Shown: positions 13,490 to 27,200 of the stretch, piece after piece
Position numbering within the stretch: the stretch's first letter is position 1
Layout: each line of letters starts with the position of its first letter
Assembly: GCF_009914755.1 (NCBI RefSeq)
Contig: NC_060946.1
Direction: 5' to 3' (one strand)
Length of the DNA: 64,000 nucleotides
Source: the human T2T-CHM13v2.0 reference genome, Homo sapiens
Position numbers and translations under genes: made by a program
The notes under the pieces: model-generated
Databases searched by the model: none
The model's input: only the letters and a program-made list of their open reading frames with translations
Told to the model about the DNA's origin: nothing

Positions 13490-16400
13490 ACAATGGAGTG
13501 GAGTGGAATGGAATGGTGTGGAGTGGAGCAGAAAGGAATGGAGTGGAACGGAATGAAGTGGAGTGGAGTTGAGTCGAATGGAGTGAAATGGAATGAACTG
13601 GAATGAAATGGAGAGGAGTGGAATGGAATGGATAGGCGCGGATTGGAGTAGAGTAGAATAGAATGGGATGGAATGAAATGGAGTGGAGGGGAGTGGAATT
13701 TAGTGGAGTGGAGTGGAATTGAGTGGAGGGTAGTGGAGAGCAGTGGAATGGAATGGAATGGAATGGAATAGAATAGAATAAGTGCAGAGTTTGAGCCACT
13801 GCACTGCATCCTGTGTGACAGAGGGAGATTCTGGCGAAAGAAAGAATTGGAATGGGAAGGAGTGTTGTGGATTGGAGTTCAGTGGAATGGAGTGGAATGG
13901 AGTGGAGTGGAGTGGAGTGGAATGGAGTGGAATGGAGTGGAATGGAATGGAATGGAATGGAGTGGAGTGGAATGAAACAGAATATAGTGGAATGGAGTGG
14001 AGTGGAAAGTACTGCAGTGGAGTGGAATTGACTTGAGTGGAAATGATTGGAATGGAGTGGTGTGGAATGGATTGGAGTGTGGTGGAATAGAGTGGAGCGT
14101 AGTGGAGTGTAGTGGAGTTGAATGGAATGGAACGGAGTGGCGTGGAATTGAATGGAATGGAATGGAGTGGAATTTACTGGAACGGTGTGGAATGGGCTGG
14201 ATTTGAATGGAACGGAACGGATTTTAAAGGAAAGGAATGGAGTGGAATGGAGTGTAGTGGAGTTGAGTGGAGTTGAATGGAGTGTAGTGGACTGGAGTGC
14301 AGTGGAGTCCAGTGTAATGGAATGGAAATCTATGGACTGCAGTGGAATGAAATGCAGTGGTTTTGAGTGGAGTGTAGTGGAATAGAATGGAATGGAATGG
14401 AAAGGTGGAGTGGAGTGGAATTCAGTGGAGTGGATTGCAGTGGAATGGAACGGAATGGAATGCAATGTAGTGGAGTTGTTTAGAGTGGAGTGGATTGGAA
14501 AGGAATGGAAAGAAATGGAGTGGAATGGAGTGCAGTAGAGTTGAGAGGAGCGGAATGGATTGGAATGGAATCAGATGTAATGGAATGTTGTGGAGTTGAG
14601 TTGAGTGGAGTGGAACGGAATGGAAAGGAACAAAACATAATGGAACGGAAAGGAATGTGTGCTGAGATTGTGTCACTGCGCTACAGCCTGTTTGACAGAG
14701 GGAGAGCCTGTTGAAAGAAAGGAGTGGAATGGGATTGGGTGGAGTGCGGTGGAGTGGAGTGGAGTGGAATGGAGTGGAGTGGAGTGGATTGGAGAGGAGT
14801 GGATGGAGTGGAGTGGAGTGGAATGGAATGGGGATTAGAGGAAAGGAATGTAGTGTAGTGGAATGGAAAGGCCTGAAGTGGAATGGAATGGAATGGAGTG
14901 GAGTGGAATGGAGTGGAGTGGAGTGGAATTGAGTGGAATGCAATGCAGTGGAGTGGAAGGGAATTAAATGGAATGGGGTATAATTGACTGGAATGGAGTG
15001 GAATGGACTGGAGTGGAATGGATTAGAAAGGAGTGGACTGGAATGCAATGGAGTGGAGTGGAGAGGTGTGGAGAGGAGTGGATTGGAGTGCAATGGAGGG
15101 CAAAGGAGTGGAGTGTAGTCGAGTGGTGTGGAATGGAGTGTAGTAGAGTGGAATGGAATGGAGGGGAGTGGAATGGAATGGAGTGGGGTGGAGTGGAGTT
15201 GAGTGGAATGTAATATAATGGAATGGAATAGAATAGAATGGAATGGAATGGGTGCTGCGATTGTGCCACTGCACTACAGTGTGACAGACGGAGATCCTGT
15301 CGAAAGAAAAGAGTGGAATGTGATGGAGTGTAGCGGAGTGCAGTGAAGTGGAATGGAGTTGAGTGGAATGGATTGGAGTGGAGTGTAAAGGACTGGAGTG
15401 GAGTGGAATGGACTCGAGTGGAGTGGAGTGGACTGGAAAGAAATGGAATGGAATGAAATGGAATGGAATGCACTGGAATGGAATGGAATGGTGTGGAATG
15501 GAATGGGTGCTGAGATTGTGACACTGCACTGCAGCCTGTGTGACAGAGGGAGACCCTGTCGAATGAAAAGAGTGGAATGCGATGTAGTGGACTGGAGTGG
15601 ATTGGAGTGGAGTGGAGTAGAATAGAGTGGAGTGGAGTGCACTGGAGTTGAGTGGAGTAGAGTGGACTGGAATGGAATGGAATGGAGTGGAGTGCAATTG
15701 AATGAAGTGGTGTGGAAGAGAGTGGAGAGAAATATAATGGAATGGAATGGAACTGAATGGAGAGGGGTGGAGTGGAGTGCAGTGCAATGTAATGTAATGT
15801 AATGGAATGGAATGGAAAGGAGTGGAGTGGAGTGCAATGGAATGGAGTGCAATGGATGAAGTGGAGTGGAGTGCAGTGGAGTGGAATGGAGTGGAATGAA
15901 CTGGAATGGAATGGAGTGGAGTGGAATGGAATGGAGAGGTGTGAAGTGGAGTAGAGTGGAATGAAATGGAATGTAATAAAGTAGATTGGTGTGGAGTGGA
16001 ATTGAGTGGAGTGCAGTGAAATGGAATGCAACGGAATGGAATGGAGTGGAGTTGAGTGGGGTGGAGTGGAAAGGAATGGAGTGGAATGGAGTGGAATGAA
16101 GTGCAGTGAAGTGGAGTGGAGCCAAATGGAGTGGAATGGAATCGGATGTAATGGAATATAGTGGAGGGGAGTGCAGTGGAGTGGAAAGGAATGGAAAGGA
16201 ACAGAATGGAATGGAACGGAATGAAATGTGTGCTGTAATCACGCCACTAAGCTACTGCCTGTGTGATAGAGGGAGATCCTGTCGAGAGAAAGGAGTATAA
16301 TGGGATTGAGTGGAGTGGAGTGGAGTGGAATGGAGTGGAGAGGAGTGGAGTGATGTGGAATGGTGGGGAGTGGAGTTTAATGGATTAGAGTTGAGGGGAA

Positions 16401-18202
16401 TGCAATGGAATGGAGAGGAGTGGAATGGGATGGAGTGGAGTGGAATGGACTGGAGCGGGGTGAAATGGACTGGAGTGGAATTGAATGGAATGGAGTGGAG
16501 TGGAATGGAAAGGAATGGAGTAGAATGGAGTGGAGTGGAGTGGAGTGCAATGGAGTGTGGTGGAATGCAATGGAGTATAGCGGAATAGAATGGAGTGGAG
16601 TGGAATTTACTGGAATGGAGTGGAATGGACTGGAGTCAACTGGAATGGAGTTGAGTGGAGTGGAATGGAGTTGAGTGGAGTGGAATGGAATGGAGTGGAG
16701 TGGAGTGGAATGGAATGGAGTGCAGTGGAGTGGAGTGGAGTGAAATGGAGTGGAGTGGAGTGCAATGGAGTGTGGTGGAATGCAATGGAGTGGAGTGGAA
16801 TAGAATGGAGTGGAGTGGAATTCACTGGAATGGAGTGGAATGGACTGGAGTCGACTAGAATGGAGTTGAGTGGAATGGAATGGAGTTGAGTGGAGTGGAA
16901 TGGAATGGAGTGGAGTGGAGTGGAATGGAATAGAGTGGAGTGGAGTGGAGTGAAATGGAGTTGAATGGAATGGAATGGAATGAAATGGATACTTAGACTG
17001 TGCCACTGTGCTACAGCCTATGTGACAGTAGGGGAACCTGTCAAAAGAAAGGAGTGGAATGGGAAGGAGTGGAGTGGAGTGTTGTGGAGTGGAGTGGAGT
17101 GGAATTGGAGATTAATGTAACAGAGTGGAGTGGAATGGAATGGAATGGAGTGGAGTGGAATGGATTGGAGTGGAGTGGGGTGGAGAGCAGTGCAATGGAG
17201 TGGAGTGGAATGGAATGGAATGGAATGTAGTGGACTGGAATGGAATGGAGTTGCGTGGAGTGGAGTTCAGTGGAATTGAATGGAATGGAATGGAACTGAG
17301 TGGAATGGAATGGAATGGAATTGGTGCTGAGATTGTGCCACTGCTCTACAGCCTGTGTGATAGAGGGAGATCCTGTCGAAAGAAATAATTCTAATGGGAA
17401 GAAGTGGAGTGGATTGGAGTTGAGTGGAATGGAATGGAATTGACTGAAGTGAAATGGAATGGAATGAATGGTAAAGGAATAGAATGGAGTGGAGTGTGGT
17501 GGAATGGAATGGAGTGTAGTGAAGTGCAGTGCAGTTGAGTGGAATGGAATGGATTGGAGTGAAATGGAGTGGAAAGGAGTTGAGTGCAATTTACTTGAAA
17601 GGAGTGGAATGGAATGGAGTGGAATGGAAACACAAGGAGTTGAATGGAGTGTAGTGTAGTGGAGTGGAGTGGAGTGGAATGGAATAGAGTGGAGTGGAGT
17701 GGAGTGAAATGGAGTGGAATGGAATGGAATGGAATGAAATGGATACTTAGATTGTGCCACTGCACTACAGCCTGTGTGACAGAGGGAGATCCTGTCAAAA
17801 GAAAGAATTGTAATAGGAAGGAGTGGAGTGGATTGGAGTTGAGTGAAATGGAGTGGAATGGAACGGAGTGGAGTGGAGTGGAGTTGAATAGAATGGGGTG
17901 GAGTGGAATGGAGTTGAGTGGAATGGAGTGGAATGGAATCTGATGGAATGGAATGGAATGGAATGGATTATGGTGGAGTGGAGTGGATTGGAGTGGACTA
18001 GAATGGATTGGAGTGCAATGAAATGGGATGGAATGGAATGCCATCGAGTGCAGTGGAGTGGAGTGGACTGGAGTGGCGGAGAGTGGAACGGAGACGAGTG
18101 GAATAGAATGGAGTGGAATAGAATGGAATGGAATGCAATGGAATGGAATGCAAAGGAATGGAATGCAATGGAATAGAATGGAATGGAATGGTGAAATGAA
18201 AT

Positions 18203-21200
18203 GTGAGCCGAATTTGTGCCACAGCACGCCAGCCTGGGTGACAGAGTGAGATGCTGTCGAAAGAAAGAAATGGAATGGAATGGAGTGGAGTGGAGCGGTG
18301 TGGAGTGGAGTGGTGTGGAGTGGAATGGAATGGGATGGACTGTAATGGAATGGAGTGCAGTGGAGTGGAGTGGCAGAGAGTGGAATGGAGTCACGTGGAA
18401 TGGAATGGAATGGAATGGAGTGGAATGGAGTGGAATAGAATGGAAAGGAGTGGAGTGGAGTGCAGTGGAGTGGAGTGGAGTAAAGTGCAGTGGAGTGGAG
18501 TGGAGTGGAATGGAATGGAATGGATTAGTGAAATGAAATGTAAGCTGAGATTCTGCCACAGTACTCCAGAAAGGGCGACAGAGTGACATCCTGTCGAATG
18601 TAAGGAAAGTAATTGAGTGGATTGGAATGGAATGGAGTGTAGTGGAGTGGATAGGAGTGTAGTGGAGTGGAATGGAGTGGAGAGGAATGGAATGGAAGGG
18701 AGTGGAGAGGAGTGAACGGGAGTGTAGAGGAATGTAATGGGATGGAATCCAATGGAATGAAATGGAGGGGAGTGGAGTGGAGTGTTGGGGAGAGGAATGG
18801 AGTGGTATGGAATTGGATGGAATTGAATGTAGTGGAGTGGAGTGGCATGGAGAGGAGTGGAGTAGAGTGGAGTGGAATGGCACGAAATTGAATGGAGTGG
18901 AGCCGAGTGGAGTGGAGTGGAGTGCAGTGGAGTGGAATGGAATATAGTGGAATGGAAATGAATGGAATGGAAAGGAATGTAATGGAATAGAGATGAATGA
19001 TGAAATGAAATATGAGCTGAGATTGTAACACTGCACTCCAGCCAGTGTGACAGAGTGAAATACTGTCGAAAGAAAGGAATGGAATGGACAGGTGAAGAAT
19101 GGAATGGAATGGAATGGAGTGGAGTGGAGTGCATTATATTGGATTGGAGTGGAATGGAAAGGGATGGAATGGGATGGAGTGGAGTGGAGTGGAGTTGAAT
19201 GGAACGGTGTTGTATGGAATGGAATGGAATAGAATTGAATGGAATGCAGTGGAGTAGAGTGGAGTGGAATTCGCAGGAGTGGAATGGAAAGGCATGGAAT
19301 GGAATTGAATGCGTTGCAATGGAATGGAATGCAATGGAATGCAATGGAATGGAATGGAATGCAATGGAATGGAATGGTGAAATGAAATGTGAGCTGAGAT
19401 ACTACCACTGCACTCCAGCCTGGGTGACACAGTGAGATCCTCTCAAAAGAGAGGAGAGGAATGGAATGGAATGGAGTGAAATGTAATGGAATGGAATGGA
19501 ATGAAATGGAATGGAATGGCATGGAATGGAATGGAGTGGAGTGGAGTGGAATGAAATAGAATGGAGTGGAATGGAATGGGATGGAGTGGAAAGAATGGAG
19601 TGGAGGTGAGTGGAGTGGACGGGAGTGGAGTGGAGAGAAATGGAGTGAAATGGAATGGGATGGAATGGAATGGAGTGGAGTGGATTGGAGTGAAGTGGAG
19701 TGGAGTGGAGCGGAGTTGATTGGAGTGGAGTGGAATGGAGTGGAATGCAATGGAATGGAATGGTATGGAATGGAACGGGGGAGGGGAGTGGAGTGGAGTG
19801 GAGTGGAATTGAGTGTAGTGGCACGGAATGGAATGGAAAGGAAAGGAATACAATGGAATGGTGAAATGAAATGTGAGCTGAGATTGTGCCCCTGTATTCC
19901 AGCCTTTTTTGACACAGTGATATCCCGTCGAAAGGAGGGAATGGAATGGAATGCGGTGGAATGGAATGTGATGGAATTGAATGAAATGGAATGGAATGGG
20001 GTTTAATGGAATGGAATGGAATGGAATGGAATGGAATGGAATGGAATGGAATGGAATGGAATGGAATGGAGAAATTAAATGTGAGCTAAGATTGTGCCAC
20101 TGCACTCCAGTCTGGGTGACAGAGTGAGATCCATTTCGAAATAATGGAATGGAATGGAATGGAGTAGAGTGGAATGACTGCAGTGGCGTGGAATGGAGTG
20201 GAGTGGCGTGGAGTGAAGTTGAGTGGAGTGGAGTGGAATGGAATTTAGGGGAATGGAATGGAATGGAATGGTGAAATGAAATGTGAGCTGGGATTTTGTA
20301 ATTGCACTCCATTTTGGGTGACAGAGTGAGATCCTGTCGAAAGAAAATAATGGAATGAAATGGAGTGGAAAAGAATGGAATAGAATGGAGTGGAGTGGAG
20401 TGGAGTGGAGTGGAATGGAATTTAGGGGAATGGAATGGAATGGAAGGGTAGGGAAGGGAATGGAATGGAAGGGAAGGGAATGGGGAAATGAAATGTGAGC
20501 TGACATTGTGGCACTGCACTCCAGCCTGGGTGACAGAGTGAGATCCTGTCGAAAGAAAATATTGGAATGGAATGGAGTGCAATGTAATGGAATAGAGTAA
20601 AGTGGAGTGGAAAGGAGTGGGATGGAATGTGATGGAATGAAATGGAGTGGAGTGGAGTAGAGTGAAACGGAATGGAGTGGAGTGCAGTGGAGTGGAGTGG
20701 AATTCATTGGAACGGAATGGAATGGAATGGAAAGGAATGTAACAGGTGCTGAGATTGTACTACTGCGCTACAGCCTGTGTGACAGAGGCAGATCCTGTCG
20801 AAAGATAGGCGTGGAATGGGTTGGAGCAGAGTGGAGTGGAGTGGAAGGGAGTGGAGTGGAGTGGACTGGAGTGGAATGGAGTGGAGTGGAGTATAGTGGA
20901 GTGGAATGGAGTGGAGAGGAGTGCAGTGGAGTGGAATGGAATGGAATGGACTGGAGTGGAGTGGAATGGAATGGAGTGGAGTCGAATGGAATGGAGTGGA
21001 ATGGAGTGGCGTGGAATGTAATGGAGTGGAGTGGAATGGAATGGACTGGAGTGGAGTGGAATGGAATGGAGTGGAGTCGAATGGAATGGAGTGGAGTGGA
21101 ATGGACTGGAGTGGAATGGAATGGAATGGAGTGAACGGAATGGAGTGGAGTGAAGTGGAGTGGAATGGATTGGAATGGAATGGAATGGAATGGAATTAAG

Positions 21201-24200
21201 TGGAGTGGAGCAGAGTGGAGTGGAAAGGAATGGAATGGAGTGGAATGGAGTGCAGTGAAGTGGAGAGAAGTGCAATGTAGTGAAATGGAATCGGATGTAA
21301 TGGAATGTAGTACTGTGGAATGGAGTGAAGTGGAGCGAAATGGAATGGAACGGGACAGAACGGAATGGAACGGAGCGGAATGGGTGCTGAGATTGTGCCA
21401 CTGCACTACAGCCTGTGTGAAAGAGAGAGATACTTTAGAAAGAAAGGAGTGGAATGGGATAGAGGGGAGTGGAGTTTAGTGGAGGGGAATGGAGTGGAGT
21501 GGAATGGAGTGGAATGGAGTGGAGTGGAGTGAAATGGAGTGGAGTGGAGTGAAATGGAGTGAAGTGGAGTGGAATGGAGTGGAGTGGAGTGGAATGGAGT
21601 GGAGTGGAATGGAGTGGAGTGGAGTGGAATTCAGTGGAGTGGAGTAGAATGGAATGCAATGGGATGGAATGGAATGGAATGGAGTCGTCTGGATTGGTGT
21701 GGAGTGGAGTGAAGTGGATTGAAGTGGAATGGAGCGGAATGGAATGGGATGGAATGGAATGGAATGAAGTGGAGTGGAGTGGGGCGGAGTGGAGTGCAGT
21801 GGAATGGAGCGGAATGGAATGGGATGGAGTGGATAGAGTGGAGAGGAGTGGAGCGCAGTAGAGTGAATAGGAGTGGAATGGAGTGGAATGGAAACGAATG
21901 TAATGGAATGTAGTGGAGTGGAGTGGAACGGAGTGGGATGGAATTGAATTGAATTGAATGGAATGGAATAGAATGGAATGCACTGGAATGCAATGGAATA
22001 GAATGCAATGAAATGGAAAGTTGACATGCAATGTGAGCTGAGATTGTGCCACTGTACTCCAGCCTCAGTGACACAATGATACCCTGTCAAAAGAAAGGAA
22101 TGGAATGCAATGGAGTGAAATGGAATGGAATGGAGTGGAGTGGAGTGGAGTGGATTCGAGTGGAATGGAGTCGAATGGAATGGGATGGAGTGGAATGGAG
22201 TGGAGTGGAGTGGAGTGGAATGGAGTGGGATAGAATGGAATACAGTGGAATGGTGAAAAGAAATGTGAGCTGAGATTGTGCCACTGCACTCCAGTCTTTG
22301 TGACAGAGTGAGATCTTGTGGAAAAAAAGGAATAGAATGGAATAAAGAGGAATGGAATGGAAGGGAATGGAATGGAATGGAAGGGAGTGGATTGGAGTCG
22401 AGTGGAATGGAGTGGAATGGAATGTGATGGAATGGAATGGCAAGGATTATGGTGGAGTGGAGTGGATTGGAGTGGAGTAGAGTGGAATGGAGTGGAATGA
22501 AATGGGATGGAATGGAATGCCATCGAGTGCAGTGGAGTGGAGAGGACTGGAGTGGCGGAGAGTGGAATGGAGTCGAGTGGAATAGAATGGAGTGGAATAG
22601 AATGGAATGGAATGCAATGGAATGGAATGCAAAGGAATGGAATGCAATGGAATAGAATGGAATAGAATGGAATAGAATGGTGAAATGAAATGTGAGCTGA
22701 ATTTGTGCCACTGCACGCCAGCCTGGGTGACAGAGTGAGATGCTGTTGATAAAAGAAATGGAATGGAATGGAGTGGAGTGGAGCGGTGTGGAGTGGAGTG
22801 GTGTGGAGTGGAATGGAATGGGATGGACTGTAATGGAATGGAATGCAGTGGAGTGGAGTGGCAGAGAGTGGAATGGAGTCGAGTGGAATGGAATGGAATG
22901 GAATGGAATGGAATGGAGTGGAATGGAGTGGAATGGAATGGAAATGAGTGGAGTAGAGTGGATTGCAGTGGAGTGGAGTGGAGTGTAATGGAATGGAATG
23001 GAATGGATTAGCGAAATGAAATGTAAGCTGAGATTCTGCCACTGTACTCCAGAATGGGTGACAGAGTGACATCCTGTCGAATTTAAGGAATGGAATGGAG
23101 TGGAGTGGAATGGAATGGAATGTAGTGGAGTGGATAGGAGTGGAATGGAGTGGAGAGGAATGGAATGGAAGGGAGTGGAGAGGAGTGGATGGGAGTGGAG
23201 TGGAATGGAATGGAATGGGATGAAATCCAATGGAAAGAAATGGAGGGGAGTGGAGTGTTGGGGTGGAGTGGAATGGTATGGAATTGGATGGAATAGAATA
23301 TAGTGGAGTGGAGTGGGATGGGGAGGAGTGGAGTAGAGTGGAGTGGAATGGAACGAAATTGAATGGAGTGGAGATGAGTGGAGTGGAGTGGAGTGGAGTG
23401 CAGTGGAGTGGAATGGAATATAGTGGAATGGAAATGAATGGAATGGAAAGGAATGTAACGGAATAGAATAGAATGATGAAATCAAATATGAGCTGAGATT
23501 GTAACACTGCACTCCAGCTAGTGTGACAGAGTGAAATATTGTCGAAAGAAAGGAATGGAATGGACAGGTGTAGAATGGAATGGAATGGAGTGGAGTGGAG
23601 TGGATTATAGTGGAATGGAGTGGAATGGAATGTGATGGAATGGGATGGATTGGAGTGGAGTGGAGTGGAATGGAACGGTATGGTATGGTATGGAATGGAA
23701 TGGAATGGAATGGAATGCAGTGGAGTGGAGTGGAGTGGAGTTCGCAGGAGTTGAATGGAATGGGACGGAATGGAATTGAATGCATTGCAATGGAATGGAA
23801 TGGAATGGAATGCAATGGAATGGAATGGAATGCAATGGAAAGGAATGGAATGGAATGCAATGGAATGGAATGCAATGGAATGGAATGGAATGAAATGGAA
23901 TGGAATGGTGAAATGAAATGTGATCTGAGATACTGCCACTGCACTCCAGCCTGGGTGACAGAGTGAAATCCTCTCGAAAGAGAGGAATGGAATGGAATGG
24001 AGTGAAATGGAATGGAATGGAATGAAATGGAATGGAGTGGAGTGCAGTGGAGTGGAATGGAATAGAAAGGAGTGGAATGGAATGGGATGGAGTGGAAGTA
24101 ATGGAGTGGAGGTGAGTAGAGTGGAGTGGATGGGAGTGGAGTGGAGAGAAATGGAGTGAAATGGAATGGGATGGAATGGAATGGAGTGGAGTGGATTGGA

Positions 24201-27200
24201 GTGAAGTGGAGTGGAGTGGAGTTGATTGGAGTGGAGTGGAATGGAGTGGAATGCAATGGAATGGAATGGTATGGAATGGAATGGGGGAGGGGAAGGGAGT
24301 GGATTGGAGTGGAATTGAGTGTAGTCTGATGGAATGGAAGGGAAAGGAAAGGAATACAATGGAATGGTGAAATGAAATGTGAGCTGAGATTGTGCCCCTG
24401 TATTCCAGCCTTTTTTGAAACAGTGATATCCCGTCGAAAGGAGGGATTGGAATGGAATGGGGTGGAATGGAATGCAATGGAATGGGGTTTCATAATGGAA
24501 TGGAATGGAATGGAATGGAATGGAATGGAATGGAATGGAATGGAGACATTAAATGTGATCTAAGTTTGTGCCACTGCACTCCAGTCTGGGTTACAGAGTG
24601 AGATCCATTTCGAAATAAAGGAATGGAATGGAATGGAGTAGAATGGAATGGCTGGAGTGGCGTGGAGTGGAGTGGAGTGGCGTGGAGTGAAGTTGAGTGG
24701 AGTGGAGTGGAATGGAATTTAGGGGAATGGAATGGAATGGAATGGTGAAATGTAATGTGAGCTGGGATTTTGTAATTGCACTCCATTTTGGGTGACAGAG
24801 TGAGATCCTGTAGAAAGAAAATATTGGAATGGAATGGAGTGGAAAAGAATGGAATAGAATGGAGTGAAGTGGAGTGGAGTGGAATGGAATGGAACGGAAT
24901 GGAATGGAATGGAAGGGAAGGGTAGGGAATGGAAGGGAAGGGAATGGGGAAATGAAATGTGAGCTGACATTGTGGCACTGCACTCCAGCCTGGGTGACAG
25001 AGTGAGATCCTGTCGAAAGAAAATATTGGAATGGAGTGCAATGTAATGGAATAGAGTAAAGTGGAGTGGAAAGGAGTGGGATGGAATGTGATGGAATGAA
25101 ATGGAGTGGAGTGGAGTGGAGTATAGTGCAAAGGAATGGAGTGGAGTGGAGTGGAGTGGAAAGGAATGGAGAGGAGTGGATTGGAATGGAATGGAATGGA
25201 ATCGAATCGAATGGAATGCTGAAAAGAAATATGTGTTGAGATTGTGCCACTGTGCTACAGGCTGTGTGACAGAGGGAGATCCTGTCAAAAGAAAGGAGTG
25301 GAATGGAAGGGATTGGAATGGAATGGAAACGAATGGAATGTAATGGAATGGAAGGGAATGGAATGGAAGGGAAGGGAATGGGGAAATGAAATGTGAGCTG
25401 ACAGTGTGGCACTGCACTCCAGCCTGGGTGACAGAGTGAGATCCTGTTGAAAGAATATATTGGAATGGAATGGAGTGCAATGGAATGGAATAGAGTGGAG
25501 TGGTTTGGAAAGGAGGGGAATGGAATGGGATGGAATGAAATGGAGAGAAGTAGAGTGGAACGGAATGGAGTGGAGTGGAGTGGAAAGGAATGGAGAGGAG
25601 TGGAGTGGAATGGAATGGAATGGAATGGAATGGAATGGAATGGAGTGGAATGGATTGGAATGGAATGGAATGGTGAAAAGAAATATGTGTTGAGATTGTG
25701 CCACAGCGCTACAGGCTGTGTGAGAGAGGGAGATCCTGTCGAAAGAAAGGAGTGGAATGGAAGGGATTGGAATGGAATGGAATAGAATGGATAGGAGCAG
25801 AGTGGATTGGAATGGAGTGGAGTGGAGTGCAGTGGAATGGAATGGCATGGAATGGAATGGAATGGTGAAATGAAATGTGAGCTGAGATTGTTCACTGCAC
25901 TCCAGCATGGGTGACAGAGTAAGATCCTGTCAAAAGAAAGGAATGGAAAGGAATGGATTTAGAATGGAATGGAAAGGAAAGGAATGGAATGGAGTTGAAT
26001 GGAGTGGAGTGGAATGGAGTGGAGTGGAGTGGAAATGATTGAAATGGAATTGGATGGCATGGAAAGGAGTGGAGTGGACTGGCATGGAGTGGAGTAGAGT
26101 GGAGTGGACCGGATTGGAGTGGAGTGGAGTGGAATGGATTGGAGTGGAGTAGAGTGGAGTGGAGTGGAGTGGAATGGAATGGAATGGAATGGAATGGAAT
26201 AGAAAAGAATCAATGGAATAGTGAAATGAAATGTGAGCTGAGATTGTGCCACTGCACTCCAGGCTGGGTGACAGAGTGAGATACTCTCAAAATAAAATAA
26301 TGGAATGGAAGGCAGTGGAATGGAATGGAATGGAATGGAATCTAATGGAATGGAATGGAATGGAATGGAAAGCAATGGATTGGAATGGAATGGAGTGGAC
26401 TGGAGTGCAGTGGAGTGAAGAGGAGTGGAGAGGGGTGGAGTGGAATACAGTGGAATGGAGCAGAAAGAAATGGGATGTAGTGGAATGGAGTGGAGTGGAG
26501 TGGAATGGAATACAATGGACTGCAATGGAATAGATTGCAATGCAAAGGAAAGTTGACATGTAATGTTAGCTGAGATTGTGCCACTGCACTCCAGCCTGTG
26601 TGACAGAGTGATATCCTGTGAAAGAAAGGAATGTAATGCAATGGAGTGAAAAGTAATGTAATGGGATGGAATGGAGTGGAGGAGAGTGGAGTGGAGCGGA
26701 GTGAAATGGAGTCGAACGGAATGGGAAGCAGTGGAATGGAATGGAGTGGAGTTAAGTGGAGTGAAATAGGGTGGAATGGAATGGAATGGAAAGGAATGCA
26801 ATGGAACGGTGAAATGAAAAGTGAGCTGAGATTGTGCCACTGCACTCCATGCTTTGTGACAGAGTGAGATCCTGTGGAAAGAAAGTAATGGAAAGGAATA
26901 GAGTATAATAGAATGGAGTGAAGTGGAGTGGAGTGGTGTGGAGTGCAGTGGAGTCAACTGGAATGGAGTGGAATGGAATGGGATGGAATGGAATGTCATG
27001 GAGTGCAGTGGAGTGGATTGAAGTGGAGTAGAGTGGAATGGAGTGGAAAGAAATGGGATGGAATGGAATATCATGGAGTGGAGTGGAGTAGACTGGATTG
27101 GAGTGGAGTAGAGTGGAAAGCAGTTGAGTGGAATGGAATGGAATGGAATGGAATACAGTGGAATGCAATGGAATGGAATGCAATGGAATAAAATGAAATG

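Larger units (their letters stand above)
836..17803 (+). repeat. Type-A Alu-derived ~60-nt punctuation units inside the satellite (about 26 copies here, plus copies near 20747 and 21385 and hybrids near 25233 and 25688)
   Basis: Recurrent atgggtGCTGAGATTGTGCCACTGTGCTACAGCCTGTGTGACAGAGGGAGATCCTGTCGAAAGAAA at approximately 836, 2024, 2298, 2815, 4250, 5957, 6624, 7349 ... 17748. It aligns to the Alu right-arm 3' end (gccgagatcgcgccactgcactccagcctgggcgacagagcgagac..gtctcaaaa). Confidence 0.88.
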
